A stretch of 64,000 bases of DNA from an uncultured Gammaproteobacteria bacterium (GCA_963802215.1 CAWDHQ010000001.1:2216022-2280021), one strand, 5' to 3'. Counted from the first letter of the stretch, positions 36,015 to 46,341 are shown. Program-made: numbers and translations. Notes: generated by a model not told the origin, from the sequence alone.

Positions 36015-37211
36015 ATGAAACGTCTCTGGGACAAGGGCGAGCCTCTGGACTCGCGCATTCTCCGCTACACCGCCGGGGAAGATCACCTGCTGGATGCCCG
36101 GCTGGTGCCCTACGACGTGCGCGCCTCCATCGCCCACGCCCAGATGCTGCACGGGCAGAAGCTGCTGGCTGCCGACGACCTTCGGCAGATCATCACCGGC
36201 CTGGAGGCAATCGCGGCATCACACGCCGCTGGCGAGTGGCAGATCAGCCTCGAGGAGGAGGACTGCCACACGGCGCTGGAGCACCGGCTCACCCAGATGA
36301 TCGGCGAGGCCGGCCGGCGAGTGCATCTCGGCCGGTCGCGCAATGACCAGGTCCTGGTTGCGCTCCGCCTCTACCTGCTGGACGCGGCGGAAGGCATTGC
36401 CGCAGCCGCCCGGGACGTGGCGACGGCCCTCGATGAGCTGGCGACGCGGGAGAAGGCCACCGTGCTGCCGGGTTACACCCACATGCAGCAGGCCATGCCG
36501 AGCTCCGTGCCCCTCTGGGCAGGCGGCTTCGCGGCAGAACTCCGCGACGACGCCGAGGGAATCGCCGCCAGCCGCCGCCGGCTCTCCAGGAACCCGCTCG
36601 GCAGCGCGGCCGGCTATGGCGTACCCGGGCTCCCCATAGACCGCGAGGCGACCCGTCGCACGCTGGGCTTCGACGTGGTGCACGAGCCCGTCACCGCCGT
36701 CCAGATCTCCCGGGGCAAGGGCGAAGCCGGGCTGGTCTTCGAGCTGGCCCTCCTCACCCAGGACCTGGGCCGGATGGCGGCGGACCTCCTGCTGTTCTAC
36801 ACGCAGGAATTCCGCTTCGTCGCGCTGCCCGACACGATGACCACGGGCTCGTCGATCATGCCCCAGAAGCGCAATCCCGACGTGCTCGAGCTCGTGCGGG
36901 GCGCCGTGCCGACGATGCAGGCGGCGCTGGTGGAGATTCTCGGCCTGCCGGCCAAGCTCGGCTCCGGCTACCAGCGCGACCTCCAGAGGATGAAGGCGCC
37001 CCTGTTCCGTGCCATCGACCTGGCGGGCGATTCGGCCCGGGTGATGGCCCACCTGATCCGCGGGCTCAGGTTCCTGCCCGAGAACATTCACCTCGACGAT
37101 TCGATCCATGCGGCCGAGCGGGCGAACGAACTGGTGCAGAAGGAAGGCATCAGCTTCCGGGAGGCCTATCAGCGGGTGGGAGCGGCGCTGGCCCGGCGAA
37201 AACCTGGCTAG
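36015..37211 (+). CDS. argH: argininosuccinate lyase
   Basis: Fumarate-lyase signature GSSIMPQKRNPD, plus RSRNDQV and TGYTHMQQA-like motifs. A GTG at 36012 is also possible. Confidence 0.9.
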   Translation: MKRLWDKGEPLDSRILRYTAGEDHLLDARLVPYDVRASIAHAQMLHGQKLLAADDLRQIITGLEAIAASHAAGEWQISLEEEDCHTALEHRLTQMIGEAGRRVHLGRSRNDQVLVALRLYLLDAAEGIAAAARDVATALDELATREKATVLPGYTHMQQAMPSSVPLWAGGFAAELRDDAEGIAASRRRLSRNPLGSAAGYGVPGLPIDREATRRTLGFDVVHEPVTAVQISRGKGEAGLVFELALLTQDLGRMAADLLLFYTQEFRFVALPDTMTTGSSIMPQKRNPDVLELVRGAVPTMQAALVEILGLPAKLGSGYQRDLQRMKAPLFRAIDLAGDSARVMAHLIRGLRFLPENIHLDDSIHAAERANELVQKEGISFREAYQRVGAALARRKPG

Positions 37212-37220
37212 GACAGTTCC

Positions 37221-38636
37221 TTGGCCGTCCACCTCCACGATTACGGCCAGGCCGGCGTTGGCTCCGGCGGCGCGCCCATCAACTACTCGGAAGTGTCGCG
37301 GCTGATTCTGGCGACGCGGGATCTCGCACCCGCGCGCCACGATTTCCACGCACTGGTGGCGGAGGGTTCCGCGACCGCCCTGCGCCACGTCATCCGGGCC
37401 GGGGACACCCTGGTGTGCACGGCGGGGCCTTACGCGCATCTCTATCACTACTGGCGCGAGAAGTCGGGTCTGGACTTCCGCATCGTCCGGGACGCGCGCA
37501 CCACCGCCTGGTCGCCGTACCTGGCCCAGGAGTGGCTGGCTGCACCGCTTCTCCGGGACGGGGACACGCTGATCCTGCCATCGGATTTTGCGCGGGAGTT
37601 CTACCAGCAGTCGTTCCCCCAACTGGCCGGCACGAGCGTGTGCGTGCTATATCCGCTCTCCGCGCACCTGCCTGCGATCGGGCGCACCCCCGGACGCAGC
37701 GATGGCAGGCTTCGCATCGGTTGCCTCGGGCGCATCGCCGACGACAAGAACGTGACGGCAGCCTTCGCATTCCTGCGGGACGTGCAGCGGATCCGGCCCG
37801 CGGAGCTGCACCTGGCGGGGGCGTTCTACCCCCGGGGCACCGAACTCCCCGATGCCGGGTCCATCCCGGCCTGTGCCGGACGACTTGGCCTGGAACCCGG
37901 TTCCGTCGTCTACCACGGGGATCTGCCCTATCAGGCCATCTGGCGCTTTCTGGGCGATCTGGATCTACTGTACTTTCCTGCCGTGTCCAGCAATGAATCC
38001 TTCGGCCGGGTGCTGCTCGAGGCGGGCCGCGCGGGCGTGCCGGTCATCGCCACGGACTACGCGGCCGCGGCCGAACTGGTGCCGGCCACCAACCTCGTTA
38101 CGGTCGACTATCACGCCGTGAACGATGCGCCCATCACCCGGCCGGTGTCGCTCGGCACGCCCCGCATCGGCGACGCCCTCGCGATACTTGCCCGCGATCC
38201 CATGGCCGCCGACCCGTCCGGTGCTGCCCGATACTCGGCCAAGGCCTTTCTGGATCTCCTGCGTGACGGGCGGTCACCCCTGGCCGGGCAGTTCAATCCG
38301 ACGTCCGGCGTCCAGCGCTTTCTCAAGGGAATGTCGATCTCGGGGCTGAGCCGCCTCGACCGCCGCGAGGCAATCACCCTGTGCGCCGAGCAGCTGCGCT
38401 TCATGCGCGCCCTGAACCATCCCCGGCTCACGGCGCGCCTCGGGGCACTCGCCCGCGTGGTGCGTCACCTGCCCGGCGACCCGATGCTCCAGCGTGTGGC
38501 CCGTGAGCGCCTCCTGGGCGCAACGCCGACCGGCGTCCTCCGGAACGGTGTCGCCTGCGCGCGCGTGCTCGGTTTCGACCCGCGACTCACGCTGGCGGCA
38601 GCGCCAGCCCGTATCCCGGCGCCGGGTCCCGCATGA
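37221..38636 (+). CDS. glycosyltransferase, GT1/GT4 family
   Basis: The C-terminal half has the E-x7-E-type motif region SSNESFGRVLLEAGRAGVPVIATD. Start is uncertain (TTG 37221, no early ATG). Confidence 0.65.
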   Translation: MAVHLHDYGQAGVGSGGAPINYSEVSRLILATRDLAPARHDFHALVAEGSATALRHVIRAGDTLVCTAGPYAHLYHYWREKSGLDFRIVRDARTTAWSPYLAQEWLAAPLLRDGDTLILPSDFAREFYQQSFPQLAGTSVCVLYPLSAHLPAIGRTPGRSDGRLRIGCLGRIADDKNVTAAFAFLRDVQRIRPAELHLAGAFYPRGTELPDAGSIPACAGRLGLEPGSVVYHGDLPYQAIWRFLGDLDLLYFPAVSSNESFGRVLLEAGRAGVPVIATDYAAAAELVPATNLVTVDYHAVNDAPITRPVSLGTPRIGDALAILARDPMAADPSGAARYSAKAFLDLLRDGRSPLAGQFNPTSGVQRFLKGMSISGLSRLDRREAITLCAEQLRFMRALNHPRLTARLGALARVVRHLPGDPMLQRVARERLLGATPTGVLRNGVACARVLGFDPRLTLAAAPARIPAPGPA

Positions 38637-39508
38637 ACCCGCCCGTCAGCGTCGTGGTGCCGTTCTACGGTGTGGAGTTGCAGCGCCTGCAACGGCTGCT
38701 GGACAGCCTGGCACACCAGGACTACGCCGGGCCGGTCGAGCTGATCGTGGTGGACAACAACGAGGAGCCGCTGGTGCCGGCCACCGCCATCAGGGGCCGG
38801 CTACTCCACGAACCGCAGCCCGGCTCCTACGTGGCGCGCAATGCCGCGCTCCGGGAGGCAACCGGCGAGATCATCGCCTTTACCGACAGCGATTGCGTCT
38901 GCACGCGCGAGTGGCTGTCCCGCGGGGTGGCGGCTTTGCTGCGGGATCCCGCGGTAGGCGTGGTTGGCGGCGGGGTCCTGCCACTGACGGCAGGCAGGTC
39001 CGGGCCATCGCTCACCGAGCGCTACGACGCATTCTTTCACATGCGCCAGGCCCACTATGTTGCCAACATGGGTTTCGCGGCCACGGCCAACTGCATCGTC
39101 CGCCGCTCGCTGTTCGACGAGGTGGGGCCCTTCGACACGCGCTTCCGCAGCGGCGGCGACCGGGCCTGGTGCGGCAAGGTGCTGGAGGCCGGCTACACGC
39201 TGGCGTATTGCGCAGAGGCGGCTGTGCTCCACGATGCGCGCCGGCTGGACGGCCTGGTGCTGAAGTCCAGGCGGCTGGCAGGCCAGGAGTGGAGCCGCTC
39301 CCGGACGGCAGGCGGCGGCCTGCGTTCGGCGCTGCGCTCTGATCTCCGGATCTACTCGATGCGGATCCGCCGGCTGGTTGACGCCCGGGAACCTGCCACA
39401 CTGCCGGATCGGGTGGCCTTCGGCATGATCAGCCTGGCGTTGCAGGCGGTGAGGGTGGCAGAACTGGTGCGGATTCGTGTGACGGGTAGAAGCCCGGAGC
39501 GTCGCTAG
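38633..39508 (+). CDS. glycosyltransferase family 2
   Basis: VSVVVPFYG, ELIVVDNN and IAFTDSDC (DxD) motifs. Overlaps the upstream GT gene by 4 nt. Confidence 0.8.
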   Translation: MNPPVSVVVPFYGVELQRLQRLLDSLAHQDYAGPVELIVVDNNEEPLVPATAIRGRLLHEPQPGSYVARNAALREATGEIIAFTDSDCVCTREWLSRGVAALLRDPAVGVVGGGVLPLTAGRSGPSLTERYDAFFHMRQAHYVANMGFAATANCIVRRSLFDEVGPFDTRFRSGGDRAWCGKVLEAGYTLAYCAEAAVLHDARRLDGLVLKSRRLAGQEWSRSRTAGGGLRSALRSDLRIYSMRIRRLVDAREPATLPDRVAFGMISLALQAVRVAELVRIRVTGRSPERR

Positions 39509-39531
39509 GGCAACGCGCTGCGGAAGCGCCC

Positions 39532-40155
39532 TCAGGTGGGCTCGGCCACCGGGTGCTCGCATTCGTCCTTCAGCTCATACAGCGACCGGATGTTCGCCGG
39601 GCGCATTTCCATGATGCCTTTGCGCTCGATCACCTCGATGAAGAACCCCCCGAACAGCGGCTCGGTGAATGCCTGGCGCAGGCAGTTGTCCCCCTCGCGC
39701 ACTTCGACGATGGCTCGCCCGGGATTCCCATCCCCGGCGCCGCCCACGAAACGCAGGCCGATGGCCGCCAGGTCCAGCACCGCAGCCCGCACGTTGGGCA
39801 CGACGAAGGCGACGTGCTGGAGTCCCTCGCCGCCCGTCTGCGCCAGGAACTCGACCAGCTGCCCCCGGCCGCCCGTTGGTGCCGCAAGTACCACATGCAC
39901 CCCGGTATCCGGGTCCCGGACCTCGGCAATGCGCATGCCGTTCCCGGCGTCGCCGATCAGGTACTCGCCGAAGGTTGATGCCGGCAGCTGCTGCCGGGCA
40001 TACCGTACATAACGGTCGAAGTTGGCGGCTTCGACACAGAGCGCGACGTGGTCCACCTGGCAGCGGGCCAGGCTGGCGGCGCGGCGCCCGACCCGGGCCA
40101 CGGCGGAAGGGATATCCGGGATACCGGGCAAGTCCAGGTGTTTATAAGCAAAGTG
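39532..40155 (-). CDS. VOC-family protein, 4-hydroxyphenylpyruvate-dioxygenase C-terminal-domain-like
   Basis: LQHVAFVV and FFIEVIERKG motifs as in HPPD-like dioxygenases. ATG at 40155 (MHFAYKH) is preferred over 40233. Confidence 0.6.
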   Translation of the reverse strand, partial: HFAYKHLDLPGIPDIPSAVARVGRRAASLARCQVDHVALCVEAANFDRYVRYARQQLPASTFGEYLIGDAGNGMRIAEVRDPDTGVHVVLAAPTGGRGQLVEFLAQTGGEGLQHVAFVVPNVRAAVLDLAAIGLRFVGGAGDGNPGRAIVEVREGDNCLRQAFTEPLFGGFFIEVIERKGIMEMRPANIRSLYELKDECEHPVAEPT

Positions 40156-40224
40156 CATTCCACGCCCCCGAGGGCCGTCGCCCGGAGCGAGTCTACCTGA
40201 GTTGCCGCGCCGTATACTCTCCCG

Positions 40225-40401
40225 ATGCGTCACCTGCTCCCGTTGCCCGCCCTCCTGCTCCTGTCAGCCTGTGGCATGAAGGGCGATCTGTACGAGGCAC
40301 CGCCGCCGGCCGAACCGGCGTTGGAGCCGGCGCCCGACGGGCTGGACAAGGGCGAGCGGAAAACGATCCCCTCCACCCCTGATCCGGCCAGGTCCGAATG
40401 A
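40225..40401 (+). CDS. lptM: small lipoprotein, LptM/YifL-like (58 aa, below the ORF-track cutoff)
   Basis: Own translation: MRHLLPLPALLLLSACGMKGDLYEAPPPAEPA... The lipobox LSAC followed by G.KG.LY is the YifL/LptM signature. Confidence 0.6.
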   Translation: MRHLLPLPALLLLSACGMKGDLYEAPPPAEPALEPAPDGLDKGERKTIPSTPDPARSE

Positions 40402-40432
40402 CCGTCATCCCGAACCTGCACCTTCGCCGGCC

Positions 40433-43243
40433 ATGAGTGAAGCAGGCCCGGGCAACCCGGCCCGCCGGCTCGTCCTCATCGACGGCTACTCCTACCTGTA
40501 CCGCGCGTTCCACGCGCTGCCGCCGTTGACCACGTCGAAGGGCCAGCCCACCGGCGCGATCTTCGGCTTCCTTAACATGCTGCGGCAGATCCAGCGCACG
40601 CGGAAGCCGGACCTGATCGCCGTGGTCATGGACGCGCCGGGGCCGACGTTCCGCGACGAGCTTTACGCGGAGTACAAGGCGACCCGGGAAAAGATGCCCG
40701 ACGAGCTCCAGTCCCAGATCGAGCCGCTGCTGGAGATGGTCAGGGCCCTCGGGCTTCCCCTGTTGCGGGAGCCCGGCGTGGAAGCGGATGACGTGATCGG
40801 AACCCTGGCGAAGCGGGCGCAGGCTGCTGGAATCGACACGCTCATCGCCACCAGTGACAAGGACATGGCCCAGCTGGTCAACGGGCACATCCGCCTGTTC
40901 GACGGTATCAGCAACCGGGAGCTGGACGCGGCGGGCGTGGTGGAGAAGTTCGGCGTCCCGCCCGAACGGATCATCGACTACCTGACGCTGGTCGGCGACA
41001 CGTCGGACAACATCCCGGGTGTGCCCAGTGTCGGCCCGAAGACCGCCGCCAAGTGGCTGGCCGAGTACGGCACGCTGGATGCCATCGTGGACCGGGCCGG
41101 CGAGATCAAGGGCAAGGTGGGCGAGAAGCTGCGCGCGAGCCTGCCGCAGATCCCCCTGTCGAGGCAGCTGGCCACGATCCACGTGGACGTGCCGCTGGCG
41201 CTGAAGCCCACGGACCTTCTGGCTGGCCCGCCCGACCTGCCCGTCCTCCGGAAACTCGCCGAGCAACTGGAGATCCGCAGCCTGCTCCGCGTCGTGGAAG
41301 AAGCATCAGCGGAAGGACCGGACGCAACCGCCGACCCACCGGCCAGCAATGTGCCAGCCGCCGCAGACACGGCAGCCGGTCCGGGTGTGGCGGAGGAGCC
41401 GGCAGCCACTCCCATCCGCCTGCCCGACCCCGTGACCCGCCACTACGAGACCATCTGCACGGCCGAGCAGTTCGACGCCTGGCTCATCCTCATCGAGAAC
41501 GCCGAGCTCGTGGCCTTCGACACGGAGACCACGAGCCTCAACTACATGGACGCGGAGGTCGTGGGCGTCTCCTTCGGCCTCGCCCCGGGCAAGGCGGCCT
41601 ACCTGCCGGTCGCGCACCGCTACGTGGGGGCGCCGGAACAGCTCGACCGCACCGTCGTTCTCGACCGCCTGAAGCCCTGGCTGGAGAACCCCGAGGCCCA
41701 CAAGGTGGGCCATCACCTGAGGTACGACGCCCACGTCCTCGCCAACCACGGCATCCGGCTCGCCGGCATGCGCTACGACTCCATGCTGGAGTCCTACGTG
41801 CTGGACAGCACGGCGACCCGGCACGACATGGACTCGGTGGCCCGGAAGTACCTGGGCCTCGACACGATCCACTTCGAGGACGTGGCCGGCAAGGGTGCCA
41901 AGCAGATCACCTTCGACCAGGTGTCGGTGGAGAAGGCCGCGGAGTACGCCGCCGAGGACGCGGATATCACGCTCAGGCTCCATCACGTGCTCTGGCCGAA
42001 GCTCGAGGCGATCCCCGGGCTCGCCGAACTCTACGACACCATCGAGAAGCCGCTGGTGCCGGTGCTCGCCCGCATGGAGGAGACGGGAGTGCTCGTGGAC
42101 ACCCGCCTGCTCCGGGCGATGTCCGGCGAGTTTGCCGGGAAGATGGCAGCCCTGGAGAAGGAAGCCCACGAGGCGGCAGGCCATCCCTTCAATATTGGTT
42201 CGCCCAAGCAGCTTCAGGAAGTCCTCTACAACGAGCTGAAGCTGCCGGTCACCCAGTACACGCCGACCAAGCAGCCCTCCACGAACGAGGACGCGCTGGC
42301 CGAGCTCGCGGAACAGCACCACCTGCCGCAGCTGATCCTCGACTACCGGTCCTTAAGCAAGCTCAAGTCCACCTACACGGACAAGCTGCCCGACCAGGTC
42401 TGCGCGCGCACGGGACGGATCCACACGTCCTATCACCAGGCGGTGGCGGCGACTGGCCGGCTGTCCTCGTCGGACCCGAACCTGCAGAACATCCCGATCC
42501 GCACGGAGGAAGGCCGGCGCATCCGCCAGGCCTTCATTGCGAAGAAGGGCTGCAAGCTGCTGGCGGCGGACTATTCCCAGATCGAGCTCCGGATCATGGC
42601 GCACCTCTCGGAGGATGCAGGCCTGCTCAAGGCCTTTGCCGCGGACAAGGATGTGCACCAGGCGACAGCCGCCGAGGTGTTCGGCGTCCCGCTCGAGGCG
42701 GTGACGACGGACCAGCGCCGGTCCGCGAAAGCCATCAACTTCGGCCTCATCTACGGCATGTCGGCCTTCGGCCTGGCGCGGCAGCTGGGCATCGGCCGGG
42801 ACGAGGCGCAGAAGTACGTGGACCTGTACTTCGCCCGCTACCCTGGCGTGAAGGCCTACATGGACCGGACGCGGGCCCAGGCCCGGGAGCAGGGCTACGT
42901 GGAAACGGTCTTCGGACGCCGGCTCTACCTGCCCGACATCCAGGCCCGCCAGCAGTCCCGCCGCCAGTACGCAGAACGCAGCGCCATCAACGCGCCCATG
43001 CAGGGGACTGCGGCGGACATCATCAAGAAAGCCATGATCAGCGTGGACGCCTGGCTGCGGCAGAGCGGCACCGGAGCGGAGATCATCATGCAGGTCCACG
43101 ACGAGCTGGTGCTGGAAGTGCCGACAGCCGTCCTGGCTGCGGTGCAGAAACAGGTGACGCAGCTCATGTCCTCCGCGGCCGAGCTCCGGGTGCCACTCAA
43201 GGTCGACGCCGGCAGCGGCGCCAACTGGGACGAAGCCCACTAA
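40433..43243 (+). CDS. polA: DNA polymerase I
   Basis: 936 aa with 5'-3' exonuclease, 3'-5' exonuclease (FDTETTSL) and polymerase domains (DYSQIELRIMAH, QVHDELV). Confidence 0.97.
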   Translation: MSEAGPGNPARRLVLIDGYSYLYRAFHALPPLTTSKGQPTGAIFGFLNMLRQIQRTRKPDLIAVVMDAPGPTFRDELYAEYKATREKMPDELQSQIEPLLEMVRALGLPLLREPGVEADDVIGTLAKRAQAAGIDTLIATSDKDMAQLVNGHIRLFDGISNRELDAAGVVEKFGVPPERIIDYLTLVGDTSDNIPGVPSVGPKTAAKWLAEYGTLDAIVDRAGEIKGKVGEKLRASLPQIPLSRQLATIHVDVPLALKPTDLLAGPPDLPVLRKLAEQLEIRSLLRVVEEASAEGPDATADPPASNVPAAADTAAGPGVAEEPAATPIRLPDPVTRHYETICTAEQFDAWLILIENAELVAFDTETTSLNYMDAEVVGVSFGLAPGKAAYLPVAHRYVGAPEQLDRTVVLDRLKPWLENPEAHKVGHHLRYDAHVLANHGIRLAGMRYDSMLESYVLDSTATRHDMDSVARKYLGLDTIHFEDVAGKGAKQITFDQVSVEKAAEYAAEDADITLRLHHVLWPKLEAIPGLAELYDTIEKPLVPVLARMEETGVLVDTRLLRAMSGEFAGKMAALEKEAHEAAGHPFNIGSPKQLQEVLYNELKLPVTQYTPTKQPSTNEDALAELAEQHHLPQLILDYRSLSKLKSTYTDKLPDQVCARTGRIHTSYHQAVAATGRLSSSDPNLQNIPIRTEEGRRIRQAFIAKKGCKLLAADYSQIELRIMAHLSEDAGLLKAFAADKDVHQATAAEVFGVPLEAVTTDQRRSAKAINFGLIYGMSAFGLARQLGIGRDEAQKYVDLYFARYPGVKAYMDRTRAQAREQGYVETVFGRRLYLPDIQARQQSRRQYAERSAINAPMQGTAADIIKKAMISVDAWLRQSGTGAEIIMQVHDELVLEVPTAVLAAVQKQVTQLMSSAAELRVPLKVDAGSGANWDEAH

Positions 43244-43252
43244 CGGAGTCGT

Positions 43253-43270
43253 GCCTGAAGGCGCTCCTAC
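43253..43270. repeat. solo REP half-site GCCTGAAGGCGCTCCTAC
   Basis: Matches the right arm of the REP family, 10 nt after the polA stop. No inverted partner nearby. Confidence 0.7.
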
Positions 43271-43425
43271 CAAGGGAACTTCGCCGCTTAGACCCAGTCC
43301 AAACCGGTACCGAGAAGGTGCCCGCCGTACTCCCTGGGCGGGCGAAGCAGACGGTCACCCCAACCGGATGCTCATTGGCCCCGGGTGCCTCCCCCCCTAA
43401 GCGCGCCCGGGGCCTCTTTTCTCCC

Positions 43426-44025
43426 TCAGGAAGCGGCGTTTCCGGTCAGCATGGACTTGAGGGCCGTCCGCGCGGCATCCAGGCCCAGCTTCGACGTGGC
43501 CGAGAACAGCTGCACATCCACCCGCAGATCCTCCAGCTCCCGCTTCGCGGCAGCGAGCGCCGCGGCAGCCTCCTGGCGCGAGAGCTTGTCGGCCTTCGTG
43601 AGCAGGACGTGGAGCTGGCAGTCCAGCGCCCGGCCCCAGTCCAGCATCTGCAGGTCGAAGTCCCCGATGCCCCGCCGGCTGTCCACCACCACCATCAGGC
43701 CGGCCAGGGATTCCCGGGAGTCAAAATAGTCCCCCAGCATCTCCCGCCACTGGTCACGCATCTCCTTCGACACCCGGGCATAGCCATAGCCGGGCAGGTC
43801 CACCAGACGTTGGCCTTCGGTGAGGGCGAAAAAGTTGATGAGCTGGGTGCGACCCGGCGTCTTGCTGGTCCGCGCAAAGTCCCTGCGGCCAAGGATGGCG
43901 TTGATGGCGCTGGACTTGCCCGCGTTCGAGCGGCCGGCAAACGCCACTTCGGCGCCCTCGTCCGGCAGGAACTGGGCGGCGCGGGCGGCGCTGGTGAGAA
44001 ACCGGGCCTCGGGGAACAGGGACAT
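43426..44025 (-). CDS. engB: ribosome biogenesis GTP-binding protein YihA/EngB
   Basis: C-terminal 199 aa of track ORF 43426..45390, from MSLFPEARFLTSA. G1 GRSNAGKSS, G3 DLPGYG, G4 TKADK. Confidence 0.9.
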   Translation of the reverse strand: MSLFPEARFLTSAARAAQFLPDEGAEVAFAGRSNAGKSSAINAILGRRDFARTSKTPGRTQLINFFALTEGQRLVDLPGYGYARVSKEMRDQWREMLGDYFDSRESLAGLMVVVDSRRGIGDFDLQMLDWGRALDCQLHVLLTKADKLSRQEAAAALAAAKRELEDLRVDVQLFSATSKLGLDAARTALKSMLTGNAAS

Positions 44026-44118
44026 CTGGGTGGCTCGGCCGGGGCGCTGGTGTACAATTCCGCGCGGCCGGAGTCTAGCACGGTACCTACCCCGAATTTC
44101 CCTTACAGAACAAGCGCT

Positions 44119-44751
44119 ATGCAACTTGTGAAACTCTCCCTGCCCGCACTCTCCCTGGTGGCTGTCGCCATCGCCGGCACCGCCATTTCCGGTCCGGCCC
44201 TTGCAGCCGGTTCCGCCGAGGCGGGCCAGGCCAAGGCCGTCACCTGTTCCGCCTGTCACGGGATGGACGGCAACAGCCTGAACCCCGAATGGCCAAGCCT
44301 CGCCGGACAGCACGAGAGCTACATCACCAAGTCGCTCCAGTCCTTCAAGAGCGGTGCCCGGCAGAACGTCCTGATGAGCGGCATGGCCCTGCCGCTCACC
44401 GATGAAGACATCGCGGATCTCGCCGCCTTCTTCTCGGCGCAGAAGCGCGCGGGGGGCGTCGCCGATCCTGAGCTGGTCAGCGCGGGCGAGCGGCTGTACC
44501 GGGGCGGTAACAGGGAGACGGGCGTGCCCGCCTGCCTCGCGTGCCACGGCCCCACCGGCCTCGGCAATCCGGCCGCCGGGTGGCCGGCCATAGCCGGCCA
44601 GCACGCCGCCTACTCGGCAGCCCAGCTGGTGGCCTACCGGTCCAAGCAGCGTACGACGGACGGCGACACGCAGATGATGCGGAACGTATCCGCCATGCTC
44701 ACCGACGACGAAATCAAGGCCGTCACTTCCTACATCCAGGGCCTGCGCTGA
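44119..44751 (+). CDS. dihaem cytochrome c4
   Basis: Signal peptide, then two CxxCH sites (CSACH and CLACH) each followed by a distal Met region. Embedded in the spurious track ORF 41053..44751. Confidence 0.88.
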   Translation: MQLVKLSLPALSLVAVAIAGTAISGPALAAGSAEAGQAKAVTCSACHGMDGNSLNPEWPSLAGQHESYITKSLQSFKSGARQNVLMSGMALPLTDEDIADLAAFFSAQKRAGGVADPELVSAGERLYRGGNRETGVPACLACHGPTGLGNPAAGWPAIAGQHAAYSAAQLVAYRSKQRTTDGDTQMMRNVSAMLTDDEIKAVTSYIQGLR

Positions 44752-44775
44752 CGCGCGGCGGTTGAGGGTACCTAC

Positions 44776-45666
44776 ATGACTGAGACAGGCACGACCCAGA
44801 TTGGCATGACCCGGATCCGATTCCTGCTGCTCGCCGCCGTCATGGCCGTCGCCGCCGCGTGCGGCAAGGCACCGGCGCCCGAGGCAACTGCCCCGTCGGC
44901 AACCACCGCCGAGAGCGCGCCACCGGCCGCAATTGCGGCGCCCGCGCCAGCCCCCCAGGCCCCGGCGGAATCCGCGGCAGCGGCCTCCGTCGTGGAGGAA
45001 TCCGCGGGCACGGAAGCCACGGCGGCCGCCGACAACGGCGCCCTCGGCAAGGACATCGTGCTGGCGCAGAACTCCTCCACCGCCCCCACAAAGACCGACT
45101 GGCAGTACCAGGAAGGCAAGCACTTCAGCACGCTCACGTCCGCCCAGGGCACCAGCAGCTCGGCTGGCAAGATCGAGGTGGCGGAGGTCTTCGCGTACAG
45201 CTGCATTCACTGCTACAACCTGGAGCACGTGCTGAGCGACTGGGTCAAGAAGCTGCCTGCCGACGTCAGCTTCGTCCGCATCCCGGTCATGTGGAATCCC
45301 GCCAACGAGATCCACGGCCGCGTCTATTACACCGCCGAGGCGCTGGGCAAGCTCGACAGGATCAACCCCGCCATGTTCAAGGCGATCCACATCGAGAACC
45401 GCCCCTTGACGGAGGAAAAGGACATCCTGGCGTTCTTCGAGGAGAACGGGGTGTCAGCCGCCGACTTCAACAAGACGTTCCGGTCCTTTGCGGTCGAGAG
45501 CGCCATCAAGCGGGCCAAGGACCTGACTGTGAGGTACAAGGTGCGCGGCACGCCGCTGCTGGTGATCGACGGGAAGTACACGACCGATGGCCCGGAGATC
45601 CGCAGCCACCAGGACCTGCTGGCTGTTGCGGAAGAGCTTATCCAGCGGGAGCGTCAGAAGACCTGA
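44776..45666 (+). CDS. dsbA: thiol:disulfide interchange protein DsbA with lipoprotein-type signal and Ala/Pro-rich linker
   Basis: CIHC active site in FAYSCIHCYNLE and a DsbA C-terminal fold (VRGTPLLVIDGKY). The likely true start is 44806 (MTRIRFLLLAAVMAVAAAC). Confidence 0.85.
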   Translation: MTETGTTQIGMTRIRFLLLAAVMAVAAACGKAPAPEATAPSATTAESAPPAAIAAPAPAPQAPAESAAAASVVEESAGTEATAAADNGALGKDIVLAQNSSTAPTKTDWQYQEGKHFSTLTSAQGTSSSAGKIEVAEVFAYSCIHCYNLEHVLSDWVKKLPADVSFVRIPVMWNPANEIHGRVYYTAEALGKLDRINPAMFKAIHIENRPLTEEKDILAFFEENGVSAADFNKTFRSFAVESAIKRAKDLTVRYKVRGTPLLVIDGKYTTDGPEIRSHQDLLAVAEELIQRERQKT

Positions 45667-46081
45667 CCTCACAGTTGATCCAGCCGGAGTCACCTTCGGC
45701 GTAGTGCTCCTTCTTCCAGATCGGCACGCGGGTCTTCACTTCGTCAATGATGTAGCGACAGGCCGCGAAGGCGGCGTCGCGATGGGCGGCCGTGACACCC
45801 ACCCAGACGGCCAGGTCGCCAATTTCGAGCACGCCGAGCCGGTGCACACAATGGGCCCTGGCGATGGGGAAACGGGCAAAGGCCTCCGCGATGATCCGGT
45901 CGCCCTCCGCGATGCCCAGCGCCTCATAGCCCTCGTATTCCAGGCGCTGCACGCCCCGGCCCTCGTTGTGATTGCGCACCCAGCCCTCGAAGCTGGCGTA
46001 CCCGCCGGCCACGGGATCGGCGACCCGGGAGCGATAGCGTTCCGGCGTGAATGATTCGCGGCTGAACTCGAAGTGGCTCAC
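45638..46081 (-). CDS. moaE: molybdopterin synthase catalytic subunit
   Basis: 147 aa, MoaE family (GWVRNHNEGR, VPIWKKE). Its 3' end overlaps the dsbA 3' end by 29 nt (convergent). Confidence 0.88.
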   Translation of the reverse strand: MSHFEFSRESFTPERYRSRVADPVAGGYASFEGWVRNHNEGRGVQRLEYEGYEALGIAEGDRIIAEAFARFPIARAHCVHRLGVLEIGDLAVWVGVTAAHRDAAFAACRYIIDEVKTRVPIWKKEHYAEGDSGWINCEVRSSDAPAG

Positions 46082-46341
46082 CCGCCGGCTACTGGGGGGA
46101 TGAAGACGACGAAGTCCCCGTCCTGCACGGGAGAGCTCCAGTCCCTGAACTCGTCGTTCACCGCCACCTTCACCCTGCCGAGGGCGGGAAAAGCGTAGCG
46201 CTGGTCCAGCTCGGCATACAGGTCGCCCACCGTCGACGCGGTGGTGCGCAGCTCCTCCCGCGCGCGTCCCACGTGTTCACGCAGGATGGCGAAGTACTCA
46301 ATGCGAACCGAGATGCCGCCGTCTGGGGGACCCTGTGCCAT
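46078..46341 (-). CDS. moaD: molybdopterin synthase sulfur carrier subunit
   Basis: 87 aa ending in PPVAGG (C-terminal GG). Overlaps the moaE start by 4 nt. Confidence 0.85.
   Translation of the reverse strand: MAQGPPDGGISVRIEYFAILREHVGRAREELRTTASTVGDLYAELDQRYAFPALGRVKVAVNDEFRDWSSPVQDGDFVVFIPPVAGG

Noticed and set aside
45638-45666. 29-nt convergent overlap of the dsbA and moaE 3' ends as a regulatory antisense feature.
   Set aside because: Such overlaps are common in compact high-GC genomes. There is no additional structure or motif to support a specific function.
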